DNA of 64,000 nucleotides from Paecilomyces variotii (Eukaryota): NCBI GenBank assembly GCA_004022145.1, contig RCNU01000018.1; one strand, 5' to 3'. Shown piece by piece: positions 52,268 to 64,000 of this stretch (position 1 is its first letter; each line of letters starts with the position of its first letter). The notes under the pieces were generated by a model. It saw only the letters and a program-made list of their open reading frames with translations, ran no database searches and was not told where the DNA came from. The position numbers and the translations under genes were made by a program.

Positions 52268-53663
52268 ATTGAGCGAGGTCCGAGGGAAATAGACTTCAGA
52301 ACAGTTAAAGATATGTATACATGTAGAGGACTTGCTGAATCTCTGTCATTTTCCTCCATTCACAGGCACTATTCTCCTCTTTAATAACCCGAGATACTCA
52401 AAGTTCTGACTGTATTCTTGGCTCTTGGAAGAGACTACCCCTCTGAAAACTCAGATGTAATGCTTGGCCCGGGACGAGAAATTTCGTGTCTCTGAATTAG
52501 TTCAATACTATGGCAACTTCTATTTGGTACGTGGTGGAGAATATTGAAATGATCTTACGTGTAGGTAAATGGAGGTATAGACAAGTAGTGTAGGATAGCG
52601 TCGCAGAGGAAGACTATACAACCCGCCTCCAAGGATATGGATGGACCCCATAACCCCACATGTTTACGGACGAGTGTCGATGTAGCTCGAACTTTCAATT
52701 ATCGGGGAAGCTACTGAGAACCCGGACCCACGGACTTTCACTCTCGACTTGAAGACTACAGAGTCGTAAGTATCATCCCCAAGTTACGGTGGGCTACAGA
52801 AAGCATGACCTGTAAGAGATAGGCCGATTCCATAGCAAGCGGTTAGTAGCCTTGAATAAAGAGTCCAGTAGAAGCAACCTGACTCGTAGGTCTCGGGTTG
52901 TCTCATGTTAGTACTTGGTGCAAACCGTTCCCTAATTTAAGGTCCTCATTTTCTAAGTACTAGTTCCTGCCGTCGGATGTGTTCCGTAGGCTTCACCAAG
53001 CCACTCCGTTGCTGCAGACAGAAACACTGGTTACCTCTTATCGACTAAAGTTGAATTCCGGTGGCAGGATGGAATCAAAGCCCAGAGGGCTAGCTGCCCG
53101 ACACTACCTGTCATTCTATTCCATACAGTGATCTTATCATGATTATCTGCTGGTTTAAAGTCAAAGAGTCTTGCCCATCTGTCGGTCTAGGATACGCCTT
53201 TATTTTGGCTCAAGATGAATTTTTATCAAATCCACCGCAATGGTCGACCTGTAAACAAGACGAAGACTGGAGCCAAGTATTCATCTATGCAGACCCATGT
53301 TATGTGCGCAAGCTAGTCGCCACGACCAATACTGACCCTGGTACTCTGCGCTGATTTCCAGCCATCGGTACGGCTACATAAGCGCTTCTTGAGTTGGCAT
53401 TGTTTCAGGCAGCTATTTCCAGATTCAGAAAGGGTAAATCCATGATGGATCCGCTCAAACGGACCATATGACTAGGGGAAAAGTGTGAACAGTTCCTTTG
53501 TGTGAGACACCGACCCCTCTTATATGTTCTCTCATCGGACCAGCTTTCTTTTGGTTTCTTAATCACTACTCAGTTTGATTGATATACCTCCCTCCTCAGC
53601 TCTACTCTATTGAATCCTTTCTATTTTGATTTATCAAAGAACACCCTTTATTATCAAAACAAA

Positions 53664-54733
53664 ATGGCTTCGTGGGATGTAAAAGGGAAGTTCGCTATTG
53701 TTACCGGTGCCGGCAGTGGTATGTCCTTTTCTAGGTTTTACGTAGGATGTCGTCCCCAAACTGATTCTGCTATACGCAATAGGCATTAATCATGCATTTG
53801 CTGAGCAACTGCTTAATGCTGGTTGCTCTGTGATATTTGCTGATATTACACTACGCCCCGAAGCTGAAGCGACAATCTCCAAGTTTCCTCACCCTGCAAA
53901 GGATGGAAACCCCTCCGCTGTGTTTCACCGAATGGACCAGTCCGATTGGTCCCAGATCGCTGCTACATGGGATTTTGCCTTGCAGACATTCGGTAGAGTT
54001 GATCTGCTTTGTCCTGGCGCTGGTATTTGGTATGTATTTGGATCCCTTTACACATCGGGAGACCTCCTCTCTACCTTTCTTTCCACTAACCATGCGAAGG
54101 GAGCCTCCGTCGAGCGCCTTTTGGAACCCCCCTGGCATTTCACCTCTCTCCAAAGACAACCCCAACAGTGCACCTGGTTCCTACCATATTCTGGCTGTCA
54201 ACCTCATGGGTCCTGTTCGATTTGCCCAGATCGCTATCGACTACTGGCTGAAGAACAAGATTGCAGGTAACCTGCTCCTGGTTGCTTCTCAGAGCGCGTA
54301 TTTACCAACTATCGGAACACCTCTGTACAATACAAGCAAGGGAGGCCTTACGACTTTCACTTTGAGTCTAGCGCAGATGAAGGCTCGTCTCAACATTCGA
54401 GTTGCTTGCATGTGCCCATCTACTACCTTCACTCCTGCTGTTTTGCAGGAATACTGCAAGGACAAGGTCCGGGAGATTGATATGAACATGACAGCCACTG
54501 AATGCGCAGAGGTAATGCTGCGTATAGTCACTGAGGCCCAGTATGGTGATGGAAACGTGGTGGAGGCTATGCAATTTGGAACCAAAGAGAAATCCGAAGT
54601 CAGAGTACGCAATGTGCCGTATCAATTGTTGTTACCAGAAATCGACTTCAGTGGGGAGTTCTCTGGTAAAAATATCCTGGCTGAGGAGGAAAAGCTATGG
54701 AAGAGATTGGAGACCAATGGTATGGGTCCTTGA
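53664..54733 (+). CDS. Short-chain dehydrogenase/reductase (15-PGDH-like)
   Basis: VTGAGSG|IN, RVDLLCPGAG, catalytic YNTSK; two introns. Confidence 0.88.
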
Positions 54734-55125
54734 TGGTCGAAGGTTCGGCATCAGGGGCTGCTTGTAGGTGTTAGAGATCAAATCTTCTACAATCTGAAGC
54801 CTTTAGTATCCCCGACTCCAGTTACTCTGTATAAGTCAAAGAAAATAACATGTCTGCTATCTGCATATAAACTAGCTGCTGCCATTAATTGCAGAGCTTG
54901 AAACGGAAAGAGCCCTTCAGGCTATTCTCCCGTTCTTAGTGTCCATTGTTTTAGAAAGATGGCGTAGTGATATTTCTATGTCTGTGATACTGCTTGTACT
55001 ACCACCTTGTGGAAGATATGACTTTGTAATTGTATAATGGGCTCGGATATTGATCATAAGCAACTAACAACAAATTCTATTTCCCAGCTTCCTTCCGCGT
55101 GTTATATGTGTGTGAAACATGATGC

Positions 55126-55977
55126 TTAACCCTTATATGTTACCACGAGCTCGTCGTCCAATACAATAGCCTTGCTTATTGTCTTCCCATCTTGCACCAT
55201 ATTTACCAATTGAGACTCTGAAACACCAACTTTCTTCCCGTTAACAGTAGCATGAGCACCTGTAAATGCCACACTGCCATAATCAGCGAATGGTGCCAGA
55301 GATTCCGAACCACCGATAATAAGCGAGAAGTCTTCGACGATCCACTCAGCAGTCGCTCCGCAGAGAGCTGGAGATTCGGTCTTCCAGGTATGACGGACAT
55401 CGGTCCCCTCAGTCAAGTTTTCAAGAATTGTATATCCCGTGCTGTTGCTTGTTGCGGTCACAGTGACTTTGATCTCATCGCCGGCTTCAACATCAAAGTT
55501 ATCGAAGGTGGTTAACGCCTGAGCAGGAAACCATTCGTACCAGGCGTTAAATGATGTGATGCCGTCCTCGATGCACCAAGAGGCACCAGCTTGTATGAGA
55601 CCGCCATTGGGGCAGTCGGCGCCGTCACCATCGATACCAACCCAAGCGCACCCGCAATAGGCAGTTGAAGAATTTCCTCCCAAGGGCACTTCAGGATAAG
55701 GCACAGTAAATGTTCCAGTCACACTGGTGATGTCTGATGATTGAATGAGTGCACCAGCCCAGTTCGAGAACGTCAAGGTATTTTTATTCTCTGTATTTGG
55801 CCCTTCGACGATCGGGGGCTCGATTTGTATCCCGGCATTACTGTGGATACGGCTATAAGCAGATGGTATATTGAGTGAGCGAGGGCCACGCATTTCATGA
55901 AGGGATGGATGGCCCATTGGCGAACCAATGCAGATACTTGCAAGCAAGCATGTCATCAGTACTGGAATAGAAGCCAT
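55126..55977 (-). CDS. Secreted glutamic peptidase, family G1 (aspergilloglutamic/eqolisin-like)
   Basis: Signal peptide, SNWAGA, AWVGIDG, LIQAG (catalytic Q), WYEWFP, AEWIVEDF (catalytic E). Confidence 0.92.
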   Translation of the reverse strand: MASIPVLMTCLLASICIGSPMGHPSLHEMRGPRSLNIPSAYSRIHSNAGIQIEPPIVEGPNTENKNTLTFSNWAGALIQSSDITSVTGTFTVPYPEVPLGGNSSTAYCGCAWVGIDGDGADCPNGGLIQAGASWCIEDGITSFNAWYEWFPAQALTTFDNFDVEAGDEIKVTVTATSNSTGYTILENLTEGTDVRHTWKTESPALCGATAEWIVEDFSLIIGGSESLAPFADYGSVAFTGAHATVNGKKVGVSESQLVNMVQDGKTISKAIVLDDELVVTYKG

Positions 55978-56968
55978 TTTGAGCACAATTGAAAGCCCGC
56001 GAGATCTGGGAAAATTGAGAAATGCGAGGTGTCTACGTTTCTACTGATAGAAGGTGCTCGTCGTATTTATTTTTCTACTTGTCCATAGCATGTATGTATA
56101 TACGTTGTCGCATCCGGCGAGACCAAATTGAAGAGTTCTGGGTTTTTAGGCCGAGAGGTACGATGCACATCAACTTATATCCGCGACAAGGAAATATCAT
56201 GTTCTAGGCCCGATTTAAGTCTACACCATTGCAGCTTTTTGTGATATATTATCTGCAAGCGGAAATGTTGACGGTTTTTAGGTTCGGGTTAGCTAGCTAT
56301 ATACTCGCACATGCCACGGGCCATGTGCAACTGTGCAGAACCATGGCATTTTTACCCACGTTTAAAAGAATCTCATAATCAATAGCGTGCTTTCACATTA
56401 GCTTATCCGATCTCGTACGTGACTGTGTATTTGTCTGCAAGATCCATCGAACATTTGCGGTACTGGTTCTCCCCAGATCCAGAATCCTGGAACCGGCTAG
56501 CTTGAAGCTTAGTAGGACCTTGTCCTGAACAATAGCATGTTAAACTCTCAGAATAGGTGTTTATTTGCACGCATACGTAGCAGATGGTCAAAATCAGGAA
56601 TTTTCATGAGCTTCCTTCCCTTACTCCCATCTGAGCTGCTCTCGCTGAACCCGACGCTTATATCTACCTCGTTTGGGGTCGGTCTATAGCTTTGAAAACC
56701 CACCTTTCCGATATAGTCTCCGTATTTATACGTATCAGACAGTGCACTATTGCTAGCACCAGAAGTCTGGGTATACGGAGTTCCGAAGGTGACTGCGGTG
56801 TATGGTAGAGCGGCGCAAAGTTGTGTCACCTGGACTCGTCCTGAGTGTGTACCTACTCCATCATGCCATTCGCACTCCTTCTAGACGTTAGAGACTGATT
56901 AAAATTAACTGTGTCCGATATCCAGTGGAAAAAAAGGACTATTAAGAGAAAAAAGTACAAAAATAAAA

Positions 56969-57087
56969 ACATACAACAGCAGGGATTCGCTGGTGGTCAC
57001 CCACCCAACTACTAACCTGCCGGCGTGTGGCTTAAGTACGGCTGAGCGGACGGGAAGCCCTGTTTTCCACACCCTATGGTCGTATGT
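56969..57087 (-). rRNA. Dispersed 5S rRNA gene
   Basis: ACATACGACCATAGGGTGTGGAAAACAGGGCTTCCCGTCCGCTC...GTTAGTAGTTGGGTGGGTGACC...GTTGTATGT followed by a T-run; 119 nt. Confidence 0.96.
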
Positions 57088-57532
57088 GCTTGTTAATCAG
57101 TTGAAAGGGTAAATATAGTCAGGATAAAAATAGGAAGGTTCCAAGGTTTGGTGGTTTGTCTTAAGACGGAGATGTATATAGTTAGCGCTTCCATTACGGC
57201 TCATCACTCGTGTAAGATTTTAGCAGTGTTCAAGGTATGAGAGCCGAGTCCAGCCTTATTTCCCCTACAAACGCTACCGAGCTGAATTGGCGGTGACATG
57301 TAGATCGGGATTTAAGCTGAATGCAAGATTACTCAGTTCGCAGGAACTCATCTTACCTGCATTGAAGCTAGACAAAACAATAATACGAGATTTTCCCGAG
57401 TACCCCGTTCCGGCTCCGTCGGATTGCATTCAGGGCACTTCTGTCTGTGGGAGGAGGAAAAAATAACCGGAATTCCTTATACTGTCTAGATAGAGAGAGG
57501 ACGGAATGTGCAAAAACAAAAAAAGAAGGCCA

Positions 57533-57606
57533 TGGTCCCGACGAGGGTCGAACTCGCGACCTTGGCGTTATTAGCACCACGCTCTAACCGACTGAGCTAC
57601 GGGACC
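57533..57606 (-). tRNA. tRNA-Ile (AAT), identical to the copy at 23205
   Basis: Reverse complement equals the 74-nt gene at 23205-23278; T-rich terminator downstream. Confidence 0.97.
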
Positions 57607-58686
57607 TGATTGGATGGTGGGGTCGACCTTACTATAAATTATGAAGGCGACCAGTTCTGACCGTTATGAATCTAGAACTGCTCCAGTTACGGACAGATTA
57701 AGAATATACTGCGCTGTTTCTGCAGCGAAGATGGTGTTAAAGTGACGGTCAAAGTGTTGTCTGGCCTTCTATACATGTTATATAAGTGTATTATACTGCA
57801 TAGAGTAAGAATTGAGTCGAAAACTCGAATGTGAGACATAGGGAGACGGGTATTCGTGGATAAATATATTTAGCTGACTGCGCTCAGATCTGCCTTGACG
57901 CAAGTAATACGCTGCACTGCAGGAGCACACCATTCACACCATCCGTATATAAGAACAATCCAGACCTGCCAATTGCACCCGAATCTAGTCTACCAGGCCA
58001 TCTTCCCACGCGAACCGGTCATCAGGTTCTGATCTAGACTACAGCATTGCAAGCCTGTTACTGTACACTTCTCAAAACGAACCAGTCAGTCTCGACAGAT
58101 TTCTTGTTGTTGACTAGAGACAGTTAAAACATCGCAGCTAACCATGTACCATAAGCTGGACGTTACATCACACCAGACACCCTTGACTGGTTCAGTGATA
58201 TCAGCCCGAACCGAGAAACAGAGCCCTACGGGAGATTGAATCATCACCAAAGTTTAATTATCAACGTGTGGCTGTTTCTATCTATGGATATGTTCACATG
58301 ACCTGTACTTATATTATGCCAGGCACTGAACTAGAGTAGATGATCGGTAGATTACAGCGGATGTGCTTGTCTTCCCATCACTGATTCATCGAAGGATTCG
58401 CAGAAAATCCCTAACTTCACCGAGTTAGCTATCCTGTACCCCATATATCGTGTTACTGATAGACTGCTGATCCCCCTGAAACATATTATATCATCGATCG
58501 CGCGAGAACAACGCCAACATGGACCCTAAGAGCCACAGTGGCAGAGAAACAGTTCGATATACAGAATCCATAAACACCGATCAAAAAGAAAGCTAGAAAA
58601 AAAAATATTCCGGCTTTATATGGATACGAACCAAAATACCCCAGAACCACGTGACGAAGAGGCAAAAAAAGAAATTGCTGGATAAT

Positions 58687-58830
58687 TGCCCCCACGCGGG
58701 ATCGAACCGCGGGCCTCAGTATATCGAGGTATAATACAACTAGGATCTATTAGTAACAATGAAATAGGAGGTGTTTTTGAGAGGTAAATCTTAACATACG
58801 TACTGCGCTCTACCACTGAGCTATAAGGGC
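58687..58830 (-). tRNA. tRNA-Thr (predicted UGU) with a 60-nt spliceosomal-type insertion and a 12-nt canonical intron
   Basis: Intact A box, B box (GGTTCGATCCC) and acceptor, D, anticodon and T stems. Segments: 58830-58800 exon; 58799-58740 GTATGT...ACTAAT...CTAG; 58739-58735 TTGTA; 58734-58723 intron; 58722-58687 exon. Confidence 0.8.
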
Positions 58831-61050
58831 TGTTGTTGTGCTTGCGTAGCGATTTTAGGCATTTTCAATTGCAAGTTCGTGTAGGGTATCTAGTTATGAT
58901 TATTGAGCGCGGAATGATAAAATAAAGAGAGATTGTTTTTAGTACTATTATAAGCCCATACCCGAGGGGAACTGAAAGACTAAAGTGAGGATGATTACTG
59001 CAGACTCCAGAGAGAACGAGCCTGAGTTAACTTACCACTTCCCTCCCCTAATGATTGTTAGTTCGGTGGAGCGAATTATACCTGTCTGACTAATATTCTG
59101 CCTGTTCTATTCTCCCAACTACCATTTAGATACCAGAGATTCGGTTCTGTTCCTCCTAGAATAGAAGGCGGTGGTGTAAGCTTCTTGCCACAGGGCCCAC
59201 GATACTACTAACAATCTTTAGGGGAGGGAAGTGGTAGAGTACCATACTCCAGAGAAAGAGCCGAGCCAGAGTGCTTTTACCGTACGGCGTATAGGGGAAA
59301 TCTGATCGAACCGTGGAAAATTTCCATCTATCTACACGCTTTTCGTGGGGACCGCACAATTCTACGGTACTGTAAGTCGATTGTGTCATCGGTCGCCCGT
59401 CGTCTCGGACGATAAGAAAAGAAAAGACCGCATAATGGGTTTCTATCAGAGAAAAAGAACCATTGTGGTAAGATTAGGAAGGGGGCCTATACATACCGCA
59501 GCTACAAACGATGCGCCACCCTCACCAATTGAATATGAGGTGAGATGGAGAGAAAAGGAAAAAAACATCAGAATAGCAACTCCGTATATCTACTCCGTAG
59601 AGTAGGTAGTAGTAAAGTCAATTACATTGGTCTCTAACTTATCTACTCTGTAAAGCATGATACCCTCGCAACGAAGAAGCAATAATCACTACTACTAGTA
59701 GCGCCGCGGCGCAAGGTCCTTCAGGAACGGGTAAATCCTGGATCCGAAGTGCCAAGTGTGGGGTAAAAACAGCTGGGAAACTCAGATTGTGCGCCGTTTG
59801 ACGTAGCTTGAATGAAGATCTTTACCTATGCCCTCGGTACTCCTTTCTTGGCCAGCACAGGAATATGTGATGGACAAAAGAGACTCAAATCTATTGCGTG
59901 TACACTCTGTGCCTTCATTTCACTTTGATGTTTCAACCTGGAATGGCTCAGCTAGAAGGAGCGGTGTATGTAAGTGATCTACTCTCAAGAAATGAAATTG
60001 GGAGTGTAGTAAGAAATGTACCTTGTCTTAGTCTAAATAAACGGTGGATGCCTGGGGCTTTGTGATTCAATGTTACGGTACCCTTTCTACTCTGTACAAT
60101 CTTATCCTAACTGCTCAAATAGATAGATTATTTAGTCTTTGCTAGCTATCTAGTCTAGTTATTATTTGGATAGATCGACACCCACGTTTTCTCCTCGCAG
60201 ATGCTCGCCACTACTACTCCGTACCGTGTGTCTCACATTTATCGCTTTGATTTTCCTACTAGTAACGCGATACCCGGAACGGCTGGGATCACCAGATCCC
60301 TTTCTTCCAACCTCTCACGGAACCTCTAAGAGTCTACAGTAGTACAGCTGGTCTTCCTGCACCCGCCCGCCACTAGTCTCATCTATATATGCCGCGGTCT
60401 CACTGAGAAGGAATCCAAAGGCTGGTCAAGTGGGTAGGAGTAGTATCTGCATGGAGCGTAAGCCAGATCTGATGAGAACAAAAAGAAGAGGTCATGCAAG
60501 CCATCTTTGCTTGACTTGCCACCTACCATATTCCTAGAATCTCACTGGTGGTCCTGGTGGCAGCTGGCAGTGCAGCCTTACGAGGAGTTTTTTTTTTTTT
60601 TTTGGATCTCACAGAGAGACCACAGCCTCGGTGGAGAAACCGAAGATGCGCGAAGTCTGTCTTCAACTCCGCAAGGACCGACCGGAAGAACTTGAAGAAC
60701 GGGAAAAAGTTAGCGTTTGGATAACTAGCAGCCAAGGAACGTCATAGGAAAGAATAGTGTCTATCCGACAGGGCCCACGCTCATCGTTGGGGAGTTCTTG
60801 GCTGGTAGCGTAGCTCTGTAATGTAGCAGGTTCCGCGCCGCCGGACATAAACACGGCGGCGGAAGATCTATTACTAGTACAAAGAAGATATTATTTAAAT
60901 CCTCGACACGACCCAGTACATTCCACACGCATCACACGCCACGACACTTGCGAATCTCTCACTCCTACCTTCCTCTCTTCTCTTCAACCAGATCCTTTGC
61001 ACAGTAAAGGTCAAGAACAGTTCATCCATCCACACCATACCGCATACACA

Positions 61051-61723
61051 ATGAAGTTCTCGATCATTTCCTCTCTGGCTCTCCTGGCCTCCGCTGTCAT
61101 GGCCATGCCTGCCAACCCGGCCATCCAGCGTCGCCAGGCGAACACCACGATCCCCTTCTATCTGAAGACCAGCGGCGCTGCCAACGACCAGCACAACAAC
61201 CTCTATGTCACTGCTTACCACACTGGTGCTGGATTCAACGACGCCGTTCTCGAGAGCTCCAACCAGAACGCTGCCAAGGCTATCTTGAACGGCACCAACG
61301 TTCAGTTTGAACTTGGCACTCCCTTCCCTTGGGGATTCGACATGGGTAGCGCTACCAACTACGGTGGTAAGTAACCGAACTTCCTTAGAAGGAACATCGA
61401 ATAGTGTAACTAATGAAAACCAATGCAGCCTGGGAATTCGTTCAGATCAACGCTGGCTACGGTACTTCTGGCTTCTCTATCAACTCCAGTGGTCTTGAGT
61501 GGAACGCTGAGGACGGCTTCGGTGGCTGGCTTGGTAAGTAATGACATCTTGGTCCAATTTTTTTACATTTTCGACCAGGACAACTCTTCTGACAGGTACA
61601 TCTCTAGTCTGCGACTGGTGGCACAACGCCCCTCAGCTCTTCTACCTCGTCGAGTACTACCAGCCCGAACTCCCCTCAAGCTGCGACAAGGTCCAGCTGA
61701 AGCCCGAATACATCTCCGCTTAA
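61051..61723 (+). CDS. Small conserved secreted fungal protein of unknown function
   Basis: Signal peptide MKFSIISSLALLASAVMA, RR pro-site, AYHTGAGFNDAVL, GFGGWL|VCDWWHNAPQLF, PSSCDKVQL; two introns; strong codon bias. Confidence 0.85.
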
Positions 61724-63438
61724 ACAAGGATGAAAACTACTTCCGACGAAAACCACCTATGACCTCTTGACATGATGGACTTGATACCCGCTGCAATCGA
61801 GATTATCTACTCTTAATCGACTTGATTTTTGTGTGAAACTGCTGCTTATGATGAGCCATTGACTGCCCAAACTGGGAATGACTTGAGAAAAATTAATGAA
61901 AAAGACCAGGAAAAAAAATTCGACAAGCATTGGGAACGGGATGGTAACGCGATGTTATGGCCCAATCGTGTTGATAGATAGTGTTCATGACTCATACTAC
62001 TCCTAATTACTAGTTAATAATAAGAACACCATACTTATTTTCTCGATGGAATGCCGGCCACACGCGTCTGGAATGTAGCTTGTACCGGAGAGGTAAAACT
62101 GCATTGCAGCGTATTTTTCATCCGCGCGACGCGTATAACTTGCAATTGTCAGATTCTGCGCATAAGTCAAATCGGAAAGGTTCATCTGCTCAGTCACATA
62201 TCGACGGTGAGACGATTTTACAACATGTCTATACCCGAAGAAAACTCCAGTAAGCACCTGTCTCTACCCCGTTGTTCGTTTCTCCTGACCGACCCACATC
62301 GAACTTGAGCGATGTCAATTCCAACTTTCCAAGTGTTTCTTTGCGATGGCCAGTCCGATGGTTCGCTCGAGCCGAAACCTGGTCTAACCGTGGGACGGCT
62401 CTGGAGGAATGACGGAAGGTCGCCCAAACAAAGATCTGTCTGTTGCACAGCCATTGCAATCGCCACAACTGGAGTAGCGGTAGAATAGCTGCAGGTAGAA
62501 CAGCAGCTTTCCTTGCAGAGTATCATAATCCTAGCTAGTTCTTGCTGACAGACCACTTGTCGGTATCCGGAAACCGAGACAATAATAATGTTGTCTGACT
62601 CTGTCATCCGGGATCGTGCGCATCCAAAAATAGTAGTAAAGCAGATCCGGGGGCGCACTCTGGGCAACCAAAAGAGCAAAGCTCCTGGTTGAGCTTCCAG
62701 TCAGAGCCAACATGCTGAACCGACTAAACTGAGTCTGTGATAGTCTCGCTGAATCCAACATGCCGGCGCTTGAAGCTCCCGAACACTCCAGCAAACCATC
62801 TGGGCGAATCGCAGTCACTGCAGGGCCAGCGAACCATCCAGGCGACGAGGAACAACAAAGACGAGCTGCTAGCCCAAACACTAGATGGTTATGGTTTCTT
62901 GTTGACCTGGACCCGGCCTTTTAGCGTCAAAGCGCGGATCGACGCTTGTTTCCTCTCCTCTTCCACCATCTTCTGCGTCTGCAGAACACCGTCCTCCATG
63001 AATTGATTTCTGTCGTCTTGCTGTGCTCTCTGTGACAGTCACTCGCTTGCTCTCGAGAGCAGACAGTCGTTTTTGTGTTGTGTGTTGTCGCTGCAACCGG
63101 TCGTCGCACGTCCCTGTAGTGGGAAGTCTTGGTCGGTGTTTTGCTTCCGCTGTGTCTCAGTTTGCCCCGGGCGGTCTCCCACGACGCTTTTCGCCCTCTC
63201 GTTCGACGTCGACACGGACATCTTTTCTCTCGTTGTTTAATCAAAAATTTTGGTGATTTGACTGCCAACTGGAAGAAAGATAGATTCGATCAGGTCGGAT
63301 CTAGAGACGGTTAGAAATCGTGGTTGGTCGAACTGAATTGTGTTGAGGACCCCTCCTGTTTCCAGTACCGCTGTGGAGGCTCCTGACGCTTCTCCTTGCG
63401 TCCATTATCTCATTTGGACCTTTTAACTATCAATAACG

Positions 63439-64000
63439 ATGCGTTCGTTTACTTTTATCAGTTTGCTGTGTACGTTGCTCGTACTGGCGACGTTCTCTGC
63501 TGCATGGCCGTGGCCGCAGGGTGATACCTTGCGCCATGGCCTCCTCGTAGGAAAGCGGGCAGGTAAGAATCTGATTCAAGGGTGATTTTATCATCGTCAT
63601 TTTTATTTGCTAACGCCTCGAATATAGCGACATCAACAACTGAGGCAGCGAAGACAGAGGCGGCAAAGACAGAGGCGTCGAAAACAGAGGCGTCGAAGAC
63701 AGAGACGGCGAAAAAGACGGATGCCGCAGTCACATCAGCACCGACTGCGACCGGAACCAATACCGCCAAAGAGACAGGCACGCATACGGGAAAGGCATCG
63801 GGTACATCTAAGACTGGCACCGCCAAAGGCACCAAGACGAGTAGCAGCACATCCAGCATCTCCATCAATCCTGCAGCAGGTCCTGGAGGGATCAGTATGC
63901 TCACCCCCAGCGCCAATGCCCAGAGCACCTACTACAAGATTGGCGACTATGTCACCTTCAAGTGGAACTACACCTCTCTCTCGATTACCCCGTCTGCGGT
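63439..64000 (+). CDS. Secreted/membrane Ser-Thr-rich protein, 5' part (runs off the window end)
   Basis: Signal peptide MRSFTFISLLCTLLVLATFSAAWPWP, KR site, intron, TE(A/T)(A/S)K x5 repeat, then INPAAGPGGISMLTP...YYKIGDYVTFKWNYTSL. Confidence 0.8.

Noticed and set aside
56403-56829. Two overlapping short ORFs next to the 5S gene, possibly a gene fragment
   Set aside because: No ATG start, splice model or family motif that I can support.
58687-58830. tRNA-Ile(TAT) or tRNA-Thr(CGT) call for the interrupted tRNA
   Set aside because: TAT needs G33 on a Thr-type body; CGT would shift the anticodon out of register with the CAGTA/TACTG stem.
47000-61000. Starship or other intact transposon
   Set aside because: No DUF3435 tyrosine recombinase, transposase, reverse transcriptase, LTR pair or terminal repeats recognised.

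Overview
Intron-containing genomic DNA from a filamentous ascomycete (Eurotiales-like, inferred from gene content). The core holds conserved housekeeping genes: metG, farA, an RBR E3 ligase, foxA, a TDA10-like kinase, rpl7 with an intronic box C/D snoRNA, snf8, nip1/eIF3c, yakA and rad26. Accessory DNA flanks this core. Two things stand out. (1) At 1-2.3 kb, a secreted Kex2-processed repeat protein with six Y-x-Y-(I/F) cores lies head-to-head with the 5' end of a probable DUF3328/UstYa gene. This is a candidate fungal RiPP (dikaritin-type) locus whose core matches none I know. (2) At 58687-58830, a structurally intact tRNA-Thr gene has its anticodon loop interrupted by a 60-nt segment with U2 spliceosomal signals (GTATGT...ACTAAT...CTAG) as well as a canonical 12-nt tRNA intron. 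Removing both restores a normal 72-nt tRNA-Thr(UGU). The window also has a 5'-truncated, frameshifted ABCC pseudogene, a T-arm-deleted tRNA-Thr copy beside a RIP-like decayed ORF, a UbiA-type terpene cyclase candidate paired with an SDR, a G1 glutamic peptidase, a dispersed 5S rRNA gene and two identical tRNA-Ile(AAU) genes. All calls come from reading the sequence by eye; no searches were run.
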